From positions 14,007 to 78,006 of the forward strand of contig JALOAK010000009.1 in the NCBI GenBank assembly GCA_023228845.1: a stretch of 64,000 bases of DNA, written 5' to 3'. This DNA comes from Lysobacterales bacterium (GTDB taxonomy: Bacteria; Pseudomonadota; Gammaproteobacteria; Xanthomonadales; UBA2363). The stretch's first letter is position 1. Each line of letters opens with the position of its first letter. The translations under genes were made by a program, and so were the position numbers. Positions 9,579 to 19,633 of this stretch are shown piece after piece. The notes under the pieces were generated by a model. The model worked only from the letters and a program-made list of their open reading frames with translations. It did not search any database and was not told where the DNA came from.

Positions 9579-12500
9579 ATGAGCCAGGACTACAAACACA
9601 CCATCAACCTGCCGGCCACGGAATTTCCGATGCGCGGCGACCTGCCGGCCCGTGAGCCCAGGCGTCTGGCCCAGTGGTACCGCAGCGACCTGTACGGCCG
9701 CCTGCAGCAGGCTACCGCGCAGCGGCCGCTGTTCCTGCTCCATGATGGCCCGCCCTATGCCAATGGCGACATCCACATCGGCCATGCGGTGAACAAGATC
9801 CTCAAGGACATGGTGGTCAAGTCGCGCCTGCTGGCCGGCTTCCGCGCGCCCTATGTGCCCGGCTGGGACTGCCATGGCCTGCCGATCGAGGTCGCCGTGG
9901 AGAAGAAGCACGGCAAGGTCGGCCACAAGCTGGATGCCCGCCAGTTCCGCCAGAAGTGCCGTGAATACGCCCTGGTGCAGATTGACCGCCAGCGCGAGGA
10001 CTTCAAGCGCCTGGGCGTGCTCGGCGCCTGGGACCAGCCCTACCAGACCCTGGATTTTGATTACGAAGCCGACATGCTCGACGCCCTGGGGCAGATCTAC
10101 GAGCGCGGCCATATCGAGCGTGGCTTCAAGCCGGTGCACTGGTGCTTTGACTGTGGCTCGGCCCTGGCCGAGGCCGAGATCGAATATGCCGACAAGACCT
10201 CGCCGGCGATCGATGTCGCCTACGACGCCGTTGATGGCGTGGCGCTGGCCGCCCGCTTTGGCGTCAGTGTCGATGCCGACGTTGTTGTCGCCGTGCCGAT
10301 CTGGACCACCACGCCGTGGACCCTGCCGGCGAGCATGGCGGTCAGCCTGGGACCGGCGATGGACTACGCCCTGGTCGAAGGCCCGGCCCGCGCCGGCCGT
10401 CGCCAATTGCTGCTGCTGGCCGCCGATCTGGTGGCCGCAGCCGGGCAGCGCTACGGCCTGGAAGCGCCGATCGTGCTCGGCCACGCCAAGGGCAGCGCGC
10501 TGACCACCGGCCCGGACCAGGCCGATGCCGCCACCGGCCTGCACCATCCCTTCCTGGAGCGCACGGTGCCGCTGATCCTGGGCGATCACGTCTCCGCCGA
10601 GGATGGCACCGGCGCCGTGCACACCGCCCCCGGCCATGGCGTCGAGGACTTCGCTGTCGGCCGCCAGTACGGTCTGGAAACATTGAATCCGGTCGCCGGC
10701 AACGGTGTCTACGTTGACGGCACGCCGCTGCTGGCCGGCCAGCACATATGGAAGGCCAACGAGGTGATCGTCGAGCTGCTGCGCGAGCGCGGCATGCTGC
10801 TGGCGCACGCCGACATCCAGCACAGCTATCCGCACTGCTGGCGGCACAAGAGCCCGGTCGCCTTCCGCGCCACCCCGCAGTGGTTCATCGCCATGGACCG
10901 GGCCGGCCTGCGTGCCGATGCCCTGGCGCAGATCGGCCGCATCGGCGATCAGCGCGGCTGGTTTCCGGCCTGGGGCCAGGGCCGCATCAGCGCCATGGTC
11001 CAGGGCCGGCCGGACTGGTGCATCTCGCGCCAGCGCACCTGGGGCGTGCCGATTGCATTGCTGGTCGACAAAGACAGCCAGGCACCGCATCCGCGCTCGG
11101 CGCAGTTGCTGCGCCAGGTCGCCGAGCGTGTCCGCAGCGGCGGCATCGATGCCTGGTATGACCTGGACATCGCCGAGCTGCTGCCGGCCGACGAGGCGGC
11201 GCGCTACGAAAAGGTCACCGATATTCTGGATGTCTGGTTCGATTCGGGCGTCAGCCACCACTGCGTCATCGGCCAGCGCCCGGAGTTGCGCAATGGCAGC
11301 GACCGGCCGGCCCGCGCCGACCTGTACCTGGAAGGCTCCGACCAGCATCGCGGCTGGTTCCAGTCCTCGCTGCTGACCTCGGTGGCGATGCATGGCGTGG
11401 CGCCCTACCAGCAGGTGCTCACCCACGGCTTCGCCGTTGATGCCGACGGCCGCAAGATGTCCAAATCGCTGGGCAACGTCGTGGCGCCGCAGCAGGTGAT
11501 GAAGACCCTGGGCGCCGACATCCTGCGCCTGTGGGTGGCGGCCACCGATTACCGCAACGAAATTTCGGTGTCCGATGTCATCCTCAAGCGTGTCGCCGAC
11601 GGCTACCGGCGGATGCGCAACACCGCCCGCTTCCTGCTCGGCAACCTGGATGGCTTCGATCCGGCCCGGCACCTGCTGGCCAACGACGAGCTGCTGCTGC
11701 TGGACCAGTGGGCCGTGGCCCGCGCCGATCAGGTGCAGGCCGCCGTCGCCGCCGCCTATGAGCGCTACGAGTTCCACGAGGTGGTGCAGCGGGTGCAGAA
11801 TTTCTGCAGCAACGAGATGGGTGCGCTGTACCTGGACATCACCAAGGACCGGCTCTACACCATGCCGACCGACAGCCACGGCCGGCGCAGCGCGCAATCG
11901 GCGATGTACCGCATCGTCGAAGCGATGGCGCGCTGGCTGGCGCCGATCCTGTCGTTCACCGCCGAGGAGATCTGGCAGGCGATGCCGGCACCGGCGTCAT
12001 CGACACCGCGGCAGGATTCCCCCCTGTTCGCCACCTGGTATGACGGCCTGGCCGCGCTGCCGGCCGATGCCGCACTGGACAGCGATGGCTTCGCCTACCT
12101 GCTGCAGTTGCGTGCGGCCGTGGCGCGGCTGCTGGAAGGCATGCGCAACGATGGAAAAATCGGTGCCTCGCTGCAGGCGCAGGTGCGCATCGGCCTGCCC
12201 GCGGCGCGCCTGGAGGCCTTGCGCGCTGTCGCCGGCGAGCTGTGCTTTTTCTTCATCACCTCGTCGCTGGAGCTGGCGGCCATCGACAGCCTTGACGCGG
12301 CCACCGAAGTCGCGCTGGAGGATGGCTCCAAGGTGCGCATCCAGGCCCTGGCCAGCGACGCCGGCAAGTGCGTGCGTTGCTGGCACTACAGCGACCAGGT
12401 CGGCAGCCACGCCGAGCACCCGCAACTGTGCGGGCGCTGTGCCGGCAATGTCGAGGCCGTCGCCGGGCAGGGCGAGGGTGAGGAACGCCGGTACTTCTGA
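9579..12500 (+). CDS. ileS: Isoleucine--tRNA ligase
   Basis: 973 aa with [16 protein letters not shown] (HIGH), KMSKS and the C-terminal zinc-finger region CVRCWHY...CGRC. Confidence 0.97.
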   Translation: MSQDYKHTINLPATEFPMRGDLPAREPRRLAQWYRSDLYGRLQQATAQRPLFLLHDGPPYANGDIHIGHAVNKILKDMVVKSRLLAGFRAPYVPGWDCHGLPIEVAVEKKHGKVGHKLDARQFRQKCREYALVQIDRQREDFKRLGVLGAWDQPYQTLDFDYEADMLDALGQIYERGHIERGFKPVHWCFDCGSALAEAEIEYADKTSPAIDVAYDAVDGVALAARFGVSVDADVVVAVPIWTTTPWTLPASMAVSLGPAMDYALVEGPARAGRRQLLLLAADLVAAAGQRYGLEAPIVLGHAKGSALTTGPDQADAATGLHHPFLERTVPLILGDHVSAEDGTGAVHTAPGHGVEDFAVGRQYGLETLNPVAGNGVYVDGTPLLAGQHIWKANEVIVELLRERGMLLAHADIQHSYPHCWRHKSPVAFRATPQWFIAMDRAGLRADALAQIGRIGDQRGWFPAWGQGRISAMVQGRPDWCISRQRTWGVPIALLVDKDSQAPHPRSAQLLRQVAERVRSGGIDAWYDLDIAELLPADEAARYEKVTDILDVWFDSGVSHHCVIGQRPELRNGSDRPARADLYLEGSDQHRGWFQSSLLTSVAMHGVAPYQQVLTHGFAVDADGRKMSKSLGNVVAPQQVMKTLGADILRLWVAATDYRNEISVSDVILKRVADGYRRMRNTARFLLGNLDGFDPARHLLANDELLLLDQWAVARADQVQAAVAAAYERYEFHEVVQRVQNFCSNEMGALYLDITKDRLYTMPTDSHGRRSAQSAMYRIVEAMARWLAPILSFTAEEIWQAMPAPASSTPRQDSPLFATWYDGLAALPADAALDSDGFAYLLQLRAAVARLLEGMRNDGKIGASLQAQVRIGLPAARLEALRAVAGELCFFFITSSLELAAIDSLDAATEVALEDGSKVRIQALASDAGKCVRCWHYSDQVGSHAEHPQLCGRCAGNVEAVAGQGEGEERRYF

Positions 12501-12587
12501 TTCCCGGCGCCATCCTGCCGTGGCCGGCGTTATCGACCCGGCGACAGGTTGATCCAGCCCCAGTATTGTCGCGCCGGGCGTTCCGGC

Positions 12588-15500
12588 TCAGGCGGCCGCA
12601 GCCGCCTCGCCGTGCAGGCGGCCGAGCAGGACGCGGGCGGCGGCCAGGCGTTGTTTGGCTTCGGGTAGTTCGGTCTGGATGCGCAGGGTGTCCTTGCCGT
12701 TGAAGCGGTAGCTTTGCGGCTCGCGCTGCAGCAGCCCGATCAGGTTCATCGGTTCGAATGACGGCTGAGCCTGGAACACGACCCGGCCGCCGTGCTCGCC
12801 GAATTCCAGGCGTTTGATGCCCAGGGCGGTGGCGCGCAGTTTCAGGCCGGCGACGGCGAACAGGTTCTTGACCGGTTCGGGCAGCAGGCCGAAGCGGTCG
12901 ATCATCTCCACCTGCATCTGGCGCAGGCCGTCGTCGTCGCGGCAGGTGGCGATGCGCTTGTACAGCATCAGCCGGGTATGGACATCGGGCAGGTAGTCGT
13001 CCGGGATCAGCGCCGGCAGGTGCAGCTCGACATCGGCGCCATGGTGGCTGCCATCCTCCAGATCCGGCACCTTGCCGGCCTTGATCGCATTGACGGCGCG
13101 CTCCAGCAGCTCGGTGTAGAGGCTGAAGCCGATGGCCTCGATCTGGCCGCTCTGGTCCTCGCCCAGCAGCTCGCCGGCGCCGCGGATCTCAAGATCATGG
13201 GTGGCGAGCATGAAGCCGGCGCCCAGTTCCTCCAGCGAGGCCAGCGCCTCCAGCCGCTTGCGGGCATCGGCGGTGATGGCGCGGGTGTCGGGCACCAGCA
13301 GGTAGGCGAAGGCGCGGTGGTGGCTGCGCCCGACCCGGCCGCGCAACTGGTGCAGCTGCGCCAGGCCGAATTTGTCGGCGCGGTTGATCAGGATGGTGTT
13401 GGCGCTGGGCACGTCGATGCCCGATTCGATGATCGTCGAGCAGATCAGGGTATTGAAGCGCTGCCGGTAGAAATCGGCCATCACCCGTTCCAGCTCGCGC
13501 TCGGGCATCTGGCCATGGGCGATGCGGATGCTGGCCTGGGGCACCAGCTCGGCCAGCTCGCGCGCCTGCCGCTCGATGCTGGCGACATCGTTGTGCAGGA
13601 AATAGACCTGGCCGCCGCGGCCCAGCTCGCGGGCGAAGGCTTCGCGCACCAGGCCGGCATCCCAGCCGGTAACCAGGGTCTGCACGGCAACGCGGGCCTT
13701 GGGCGGGGTGGCGATGATCGACAGGTCGCGCAGGCCGGTCATGGCCATGTTCAGGGTGCGCGGAATCGGCGTGGCGGTGAGGGTCAACAGGTGCACCTGG
13801 GCGCGCAGCGCCTTCAGCCGCTCCTTCTGGCGCACGCCGAAGCGCTGCTCCTCGTCGACGATGACCAGGCCCAGGCGCTGGAAACGCACATCCTTGGACA
13901 GCAGCCGATGGGTACCGATGACGATGTCGATGCTGCCGTCGGCCACGCCCTTGAGCGCCTGGTTGATTTCCTTGGCGCTGCGAAAGCGTGACAGCAGCTC
14001 GATCTTCACCGGCCAGTCGGCGAAGCGGTCCTGGAAGGCGCGGAAATGCTGTTCGGCGAGCAGGGTGGTAGGCACCAGCAGGGCAACCTGGTGGCCGGAA
14101 ATCGCGCTGGCGAAGGCGGCGCGCAGGGCGACCTCGGTCTTGCCGAAGCCGACATCGCCGCAGATCACCCGGTCCATGGGCACATTGCGGCCCAGATCGG
14201 TGAGCACGGCGTCGATGGCGTTTTGCTGATCCGGCGTCGGCTCGAACGGAAAGCCCTCGATGAAGCGGGCGTACAGGCTGCGATCCAGGCTGATCGCCTG
14301 GCCGCGCTGGGCCGCGCGCCGGGCCTGGATCTCCAGCAGCTCGGCGGCGACATCGCGGATTTTCTCGGCCGCCTTGCGCTTGGCCCGGGACCACTGCTCG
14401 CTGCCGAGCCGGTGCAGCGGCGCGGTCTCGGCGCTGCCGCCGGTGTAGCGGCTGACCAGATGCAGGGCGGCGACCGGCACATACAGCTTGTCGCCATCGG
14501 CGTATTCGATCGCCAGGAATTCGTTTTCCAGACCGCCGGTATCCAGCTTGACCAGGCCCTGGTAGCGGCCGATGCCGTGGTCTTCGTGCACTACCGGCGT
14601 GCCCGGCGCCAGGTCGGACAGATCGCGCAGGATGGCTTCCGGATCGCGCGCGACAGTGTGCCGGCGGCGGCCGGGGCGGGCATGCTCGCCGGACAATTCG
14701 GCATCGGTGAGCACGGTCAGGCCGGCATCGGGCCCGGCTTGCGACAAGCTGAAGCCGGCCGACAGCGGCAGGGCGGCAATCGCGGGCATGTTGCCGGGAT
14801 GCCGGCCGGCCTCGATCTGCGCCCACTGCGTCAGCGGCACCGGCTCGATGTCATGCTCGCGCAACTGCTCGATCAGGGTTTCGCGCCGGCCGGCCGAATC
14901 CACCGCCAGCAGGACATCGCCGGGCAATCCGCGCAGCAGGGTGGCCAGGGCATGGCCGGGGGCGTCGCCACGGACCGCAGCCGGCACCGTTGGCGCGGCG
15001 GCCACCGGCACCGTCTGCAGGTGCGTGTGGTGTTCCACCAGGGCGATGCGCCGGTGCTCATTGAGCCGGGTGCGTAGCTCGTCGCCGGTGAGGAACAACT
15101 CGGCCGGCGGCAGGATCGGCCGCACCGAATCATGGCGTCTGTTCTGGTAGCGGTTGTCGGCCTGGTGCAGGGCCTGCTCGGCGGCCGCGGCCACCTCGCC
15201 GGTGAGCACCAGCAGGGCCTGCTCATCCAGGTAGTCGAACAGGGTCTGGGTCTGCTCGAAGAACAGCGGCAGATAGGATTCCAGGCCGGCCGGCACCAGG
15301 CCGTCCTTGAGGTCGATCAGCAGCTCGACCCGGCGCGGATCGGCATCGGGAAAGCGGTCGAAGAAGGCATCGCGGAAATCGCGCCGGGCCTGCTTGTCGA
15401 GCGGGTACTCGCGCCCGGGCAGGACATCGATGCGTTCCATCTTCACCGTCGAACGCTGGCTTTCCGGGTCGAAATGGCGGATCGAATCGACGCTGTCGTC

Positions 15501-16055
15501 GAGCAGCTCGATGCGCACCGGTTCGCGCTGGCCCATGGCGAAGATGTCGATCAGCGCGCCGCGCACGGCGAATTCGCCCGGCTCGGTGACCTGCGGCAAG
15601 TGCCGGTAGCCGGCGTGGCCCAGGCGCTGCTGCTCGGCTTCCAGGTCGAGCCGGTCGCCGATCGCCACCTGCAGGCTGCGGCCGTGGATGTAGCTGCGCG
15701 GCGGCAGGCGCTGGATCAGGGTCGCCACCGGCAACACCATGATGCCGTGGCGCATGCCGGGCAGGGCATTGAGGGCGGCGATGCGCTGGGAAATGATGCC
15801 CGGATGCGGCGCGAACAGGTCGTAGGGCAGGATTTCCCAGTCCGGGAACTGCGCCACCGGCAGATCACTGGCGAATACTGCCAAATCCGCTTCCACCGTC
15901 TGGGCGCTGGCCGGATCGGGAGTGACCACCAGCAGCGGGCCGTCATGGCGGCGTGCGGTTTCAACCAGGGTCAGGGCCAGCGAGGCGCCGGGAAGTGGCT
16001 GGACCCAGGCGACCTGTTGGCCGCCACGGGGCAGGGGAAAGCTCGGTTTGATCAT
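12588..16055 (-). CDS. mfd: Transcription-repair coupling factor Mfd
   Basis: Start MIKPSF at CAT 16053-16055 (1155 aa). Contains the superfamily-2 helicase motifs GDVGFGKTEVALRA and DEEQRFG, and the TRCF domain. Confidence 0.95.
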   Translation of the reverse strand: MIKPSFPLPRGGQQVAWVQPLPGASLALTLVETARRHDGPLLVVTPDPASAQTVEADLAVFASDLPVAQFPDWEILPYDLFAPHPGIISQRIAALNALPGMRHGIMVLPVATLIQRLPPRSYIHGRSLQVAIGDRLDLEAEQQRLGHAGYRHLPQVTEPGEFAVRGALIDIFAMGQREPVRIELLDDSVDSIRHFDPESQRSTVKMERIDVLPGREYPLDKQARRDFRDAFFDRFPDADPRRVELLIDLKDGLVPAGLESYLPLFFEQTQTLFDYLDEQALLVLTGEVAAAAEQALHQADNRYQNRRHDSVRPILPPAELFLTGDELRTRLNEHRRIALVEHHTHLQTVPVAAAPTVPAAVRGDAPGHALATLLRGLPGDVLLAVDSAGRRETLIEQLREHDIEPVPLTQWAQIEAGRHPGNMPAIAALPLSAGFSLSQAGPDAGLTVLTDAELSGEHARPGRRRHTVARDPEAILRDLSDLAPGTPVVHEDHGIGRYQGLVKLDTGGLENEFLAIEYADGDKLYVPVAALHLVSRYTGGSAETAPLHRLGSEQWSRAKRKAAEKIRDVAAELLEIQARRAAQRGQAISLDRSLYARFIEGFPFEPTPDQQNAIDAVLTDLGRNVPMDRVICGDVGFGKTEVALRAAFASAISGHQVALLVPTTLLAEQHFRAFQDRFADWPVKIELLSRFRSAKEINQALKGVADGSIDIVIGTHRLLSKDVRFQRLGLVIVDEEQRFGVRQKERLKALRAQVHLLTLTATPIPRTLNMAMTGLRDLSIIATPPKARVAVQTLVTGWDAGLVREAFARELGRGGQVYFLHNDVASIERQARELAELVPQASIRIAHGQMPERELERVMADFYRQRFNTLICSTIIESGIDVPSANTILINRADKFGLAQLHQLRGRVGRSHHRAFAYLLVPDTRAITADARKRLEALASLEELGAGFMLATHDLEIRGAGELLGEDQSGQIEAIGFSLYTELLERAVNAIKAGKVPDLEDGSHHGADVELHLPALIPDDYLPDVHTRLMLYKRIATCRDDDGLRQMQVEMIDRFGLLPEPVKNLFAVAGLKLRATALGIKRLEFGEHGGRVVFQAQPSFEPMNLIGLLQREPQSYRFNGKDTLRIQTELPEAKQRLAAARVLLGRLHGEAAAAA

Positions 16056-16243
16056 CAGGACTCGGTCTTCGGCACGATTGCGGACGATGCCGCCACTGGC
16101 GGATCGCGCCGGGCCATCCGGCGCCGGCAAAAACAGCAGCACCCGCGGACGGCGTCGAGGCACCGTGCGGGTGGGGCGGGCATTGTAACGCTGGCGGCGA
16201 ATCGCGCCGGGCCGGGCGCCGGCGAAGTCGGGGGTGCGGAAAC

Positions 16244-16272
16244 GACAACGGGGCCGATTCGGCCCCGTTGTC
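16244..16272 (-). terminator. Perfect 13-bp hairpin downstream of the comEA-like gene
   Basis: gacaacggggccg-att-cggccccgttgtc. On the minus strand only a weak T tract follows (GTTTCC). Confidence 0.45.
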
Positions 16273-16295
16273 AGGTGCTGTGGCGGCTGAGCGGG

Positions 16296-16571
16296 TCAGC
16301 GCTGGCCACCGCGGCCCAGGGCAATCATGTCGCGGTTGCGCTCGACCGTGGCCAGGCCGATGCCCTTGACCTTGGCCAGGTCCTCGACCTGCAGGAACGG
16401 GCCGTTGGCTTCGCGGTATTCGACGATCGCCTCGGCCTTGGCCGGGCCGACGCCGTGCAGTTGCGCCAGTTGCTCGGCATCGGCGTAGTTGATGTTGACC
16501 GGCTCGCCGGCAAAGGCGACGGCGGCGAAGGCGAACAGGGCAGCAGCAAACAGGTTCTTGAACAGGTTCAT
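16296..16571 (-). CDS. ComEA-family helix-hairpin-helix DNA-binding protein, secreted
   Basis: Signal peptide MNLFKNLFAAALFAFAAVAFA, then NINYADAEQLAQLHGVGPAKAEAIVEYREANGPF...LAKVKGIGLATVE (tandem HhH). Confidence 0.8.
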   Translation of the reverse strand: MNLFKNLFAAALFAFAAVAFAGEPVNINYADAEQLAQLHGVGPAKAEAIVEYREANGPFLQVEDLAKVKGIGLATVERNRDMIALGRGGQR

Positions 16572-16818
16572 GATGATTTCTCCGGATGGATGTCGAGCAG
16601 TAGGTTGATGTGGGTTGCCGGTGTGTTTGCCGACGTGGACAGATTAGGCGGGCACCTGCGACCGGCCCATCGGCGGCCGCCCCGGCCGCGGCTCGGAGCC
16701 AATGCCGATGCCTTCTGGGAAAACGGCCAAGGCCGATGGGCCTGCGGCTGGCGCCGGTCGGCCGGGTGCCGCCAGCGCTGTTTGCTACCATGGCCGGCCG
16801 CTGCTGGAGAGCTGGAAG

Positions 16819-17331
16819 ATGTCTGCCATTTCGCGTGTTTGCGCCGGCTGCGTGCTGGCCGGGGTCCTGGTCTGGATGGTGGCGATACCGGTATCGGCGC
16901 TGGCTGTGGACGGTGTGCCGGTGGCAACGGCTGCGGCCGCCATCACCGCATCCGAGCGCGCCCCGGAGCTGCGCACCGGCCAATCCGTCGCCGACTGGAC
17001 GCCGCCGCCTTCGGTAACCGTCGAATACGCACCGCCGAGCCGGGCGGACAAGCAGGAAAAGCTGCGGCAGCACCTGTGGCAGCGCTCGGCACCCGGCTGG
17101 GAACCGGCCCTGATGCAGCGCAAGCAGCTTGCCGATGGCACCGTGCTGATCGACCTGGGCGGCCAGGGCCGGGAATACACGACATGGGCGGTCCAGGACG
17201 GGGTCGGCGCCCTGCGCTGCAGCTCGCGCCTGGAGGCGGTCCGGCCCGGGCAGCCGCAGGATTTCCGCCTGCCGGTGCATGCCCGGGGCAGCGCTGATGG
17301 CGACCGCGGTGGCAGCCATGTCCGGCGTTGA
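16819..17331 (+). CDS. Hypothetical exported/membrane-anchored protein
   Basis: ATG 16819 within ORF 16702..17331. N-terminal hydrophobic segment VCAGCVLAGVLVWMVAIPVSALA. No recognisable family. It lies just upstream of the metalloprotease gene. Confidence 0.4.
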   Translation: MSAISRVCAGCVLAGVLVWMVAIPVSALAVDGVPVATAAAAITASERAPELRTGQSVADWTPPPSVTVEYAPPSRADKQEKLRQHLWQRSAPGWEPALMQRKQLADGTVLIDLGGQGREYTTWAVQDGVGALRCSSRLEAVRPGQPQDFRLPVHARGSADGDRGGSHVRR

Positions 17332-17404
17332 TCCGGGCGGCAGCCGGCGACTGGGCGCGGTGCTGCGCCGGCGCGGCGCCCGCCCGTCAGGAAAGCCAAC
17401 GGCG

Positions 17405-18883
17405 ATGATGCGTGTCCGGGCGCTGGCGTTGGCGTTGGCGTTGGCATTGGCATTGGCATTGGCCGCAGTTGGTGCTGGCCCGGTGCTGGCCCAGGCCGCT
17501 CCGGCCAGCGCCCAGTTCACCCTGGTGGTGATCGATCCACCCGGACGCGGCTTCAATGATCCGCGCCCGGCCGATCCGGCCGCCGGCAACAACGGCGCCG
17601 CCACGCTCGGCCAGCAGCGCTTGCGCGTGGTGCAGCAGGCGGCTGCGCTCTGGGCGCAGCAGATCGCCAGCACGGTGCCGATCCGGGTCGAGATCGAAAT
17701 GACCAACCTGCCTTGCGAGCCGGAACGCAGCGTGCTGGGCTGGGCCGGACCGACCTTCGTCGCCTGGCGGGTGCCGGGCGCGCCACGCTCCGATGTGCTG
17801 TACCCGATTGCCTTGGCCAACGCCCTGTCCGGGGTCGAACTGGAGCCAAACGAGGCCGACATCCAGGCCAGTTTCAACCTGGCCATCGACCTGGGTTGCC
17901 GCGATGGCGCCAGCGGCTGGTGGTATGGCCTGGATCGGGACCAGCTGGTGCCCGACGACCGCATCGCCCTGCTGCCGGTGGCGCTGCATGAGCTGGCCCA
18001 CGGCCTGGGCTTCACGGCGACGATGGATCTGCAGGACGGCAGCTATCCCAGCGGCATTGCCAGCGTCTGGTCGCACTACCTGTACGACCTGTCCTTGCAG
18101 CGGCACTGGCGGATGATGTCCGCCGCCGAGCGGGTGGCCTCGGCGCGCAACGACCCGCATCTGGTCTGGACCGGCGAGCGGGTCAACCGGCGCCTGGACC
18201 AGGTGCTGGCGACGGCACCGGTCCTGGTCGCCGAGGGCGCGCGCGGCCCGGTGGTTATCGAAGAGCTGGGCCTGGCGCAGTTCGGCGCACCCTGGCCGGA
18301 CGAGTTGTCGGCGCCGGTGCTGGCGGTCAACGACGGCATCGGTGATCCGGGCGACGGCTGCCAGGTGCCATTCGCCAATGGCGAGCGTCTGGCCGGCCGG
18401 ATCGCCCTGATCGATCGCGGCACCTGCACCTTCGTGGAGAAGGCGGCCCACGCCCAGGCCCACGGCGCGGTGGCGGTGGTGATCGTCAACAACACCGACG
18501 AGACACCGCCGGGCATGGCCGGCAGCGATCCTTCAATCACGATTCCGGTGGTGATGGTCACGCGCCGGGTTGGCGCGGATTTGCGGCGTGGCCGGGTCCG
18601 TCATGGCCTGCAGGTGGCGTTTGACCGCGCCGACGAACTGGCCGGCACCGCCGCCGGCTGCCTGCGCATGTACGCGCCGGCCGCTGCCGAGTCCGGTTCC
18701 TCGGTCTCGCATTTCCACAGCGCCGCTCAGCCCGGCCTGCTGATGGCACCCGCCATCGGCCGCCACCATTTCGACCAGCTCGATCTGAGCGTGGACCTGT
18801 TGCACGACATCGGCTGGCCGCGACCGCTGGCCACACCGCCGCCAGCCGGCGACAACCATTGCCTGAGCGGGCCGCTGCCTTAG
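17405..18883 (+). CDS. Secreted zinc metalloprotease with protease-associated (PA) domain
   Basis: Start MMRVRALALALALALALALAAVGAGPVLAQA (signal peptide). HELAHGLGF zincin motif. PA-domain-like segment GRIALIDRGTCTFVEKAAHAQAHGAVAVVIVNN. Confidence 0.75.
   Translation: MMRVRALALALALALALALAAVGAGPVLAQAAPASAQFTLVVIDPPGRGFNDPRPADPAAGNNGAATLGQQRLRVVQQAAALWAQQIASTVPIRVEIEMTNLPCEPERSVLGWAGPTFVAWRVPGAPRSDVLYPIALANALSGVELEPNEADIQASFNLAIDLGCRDGASGWWYGLDRDQLVPDDRIALLPVALHELAHGLGFTATMDLQDGSYPSGIASVWSHYLYDLSLQRHWRMMSAAERVASARNDPHLVWTGERVNRRLDQVLATAPVLVAEGARGPVVIEELGLAQFGAPWPDELSAPVLAVNDGIGDPGDGCQVPFANGERLAGRIALIDRGTCTFVEKAAHAQAHGAVAVVIVNNTDETPPGMAGSDPSITIPVVMVTRRVGADLRRGRVRHGLQVAFDRADELAGTAAGCLRMYAPAAAESGSSVSHFHSAAQPGLLMAPAIGRHHFDQLDLSVDLLHDIGWPRPLATPPPAGDNHCLSGPLP
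17420..17461 (+). repeat. 7 x 6-nt tandem repeat (GCGYTG/GCATTG) encoding (AL)n in the signal peptide
   Basis: Read directly: gcgctg gcgttg gcgttg gcgttg gcattg gcattg gcattg. Confidence 0.9.
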
Positions 18884-18926
18884 CCGACCCCTGGCCGCAG
18901 CCGGGCAGCGACAGCTTGGGCGCCGG

Positions 18927-19574
18927 TCAGTCCCCGGGTTGGGCCGCTGTTTCCACCGCCGCCAGCAGTTCCCGCACCCGGGCCAGGCTGGCCCGGGCCA
19001 TCGGCCGTGCCGTAGCCGGGTCCAGCGGCGCCTGGCGCGGGCCGTCCAGGGTGAACACCGCCAGCTCGAATTCCTGATCGTCGATGCGCACCTGCAGCAC
19101 CGGCACGGTCAGCACCTGGCGGCGGTCCAGGCGGAAGCGCCGGTCCAGCCAGCGGTAGGCGATGCCGCGGTCGACCAGCCAGTGGCCGACGGCCTCGGGA
19201 TCATCGCTGGACAGGTGCAGGGTGATCGCCGCTTGCGGATCGGCGACGCCGTCGAGCAGGCTGCCGACCAGGCGCGGCCGGAAGGGCGCCAGATGGGTCA
19301 TCGCCTCGATCGCCTGGCGCAGGATGCGGCTATGTTCGGCCGCCGGCGCCGGCACCGAGAACAGGCGCAGGTGCTCGTCCAGTGCATGCCGGATCTGCCC
19401 GGCATCGGGGCGCGTGGCCAGAGGATCGGCACCGAGCTGGCGGGCCGCCTTGCGTGCCGCCTGCAGCGGATCCTGGATGCCTTGTTCGTGCATCAATCGC
19501 GCCGCCAGCCGGGCGATGCGCAGGTGCAACTTGTCGTCGTCGGTGATCGTGTTCATGTCGGGCCGATTGTCCAT
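18927..19574 (-). CDS. Conserved hypothetical protein (possibly a degenerate nucleotidyltransferase-like fold)
   Basis: 215-aa ORF with no overlapping competitor. The segment LVGSLLDGVADPQAAITLHLSSDD loosely recalls the minimal NTase GS...D.D motif. No firm family assignment. Confidence 0.55.
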   Translation of the reverse strand: MDNRPDMNTITDDDKLHLRIARLAARLMHEQGIQDPLQAARKAARQLGADPLATRPDAGQIRHALDEHLRLFSVPAPAAEHSRILRQAIEAMTHLAPFRPRLVGSLLDGVADPQAAITLHLSSDDPEAVGHWLVDRGIAYRWLDRRFRLDRRQVLTVPVLQVRIDDQEFELAVFTLDGPRQAPLDPATARPMARASLARVRELLAAVETAAQPGD

Positions 19575-19633
19575 GGCGGACGTGACCTGGATGTTTTGGC
19601 AAGCCGCTGCGGCAGGCGCTGGAAGATCAGGCG

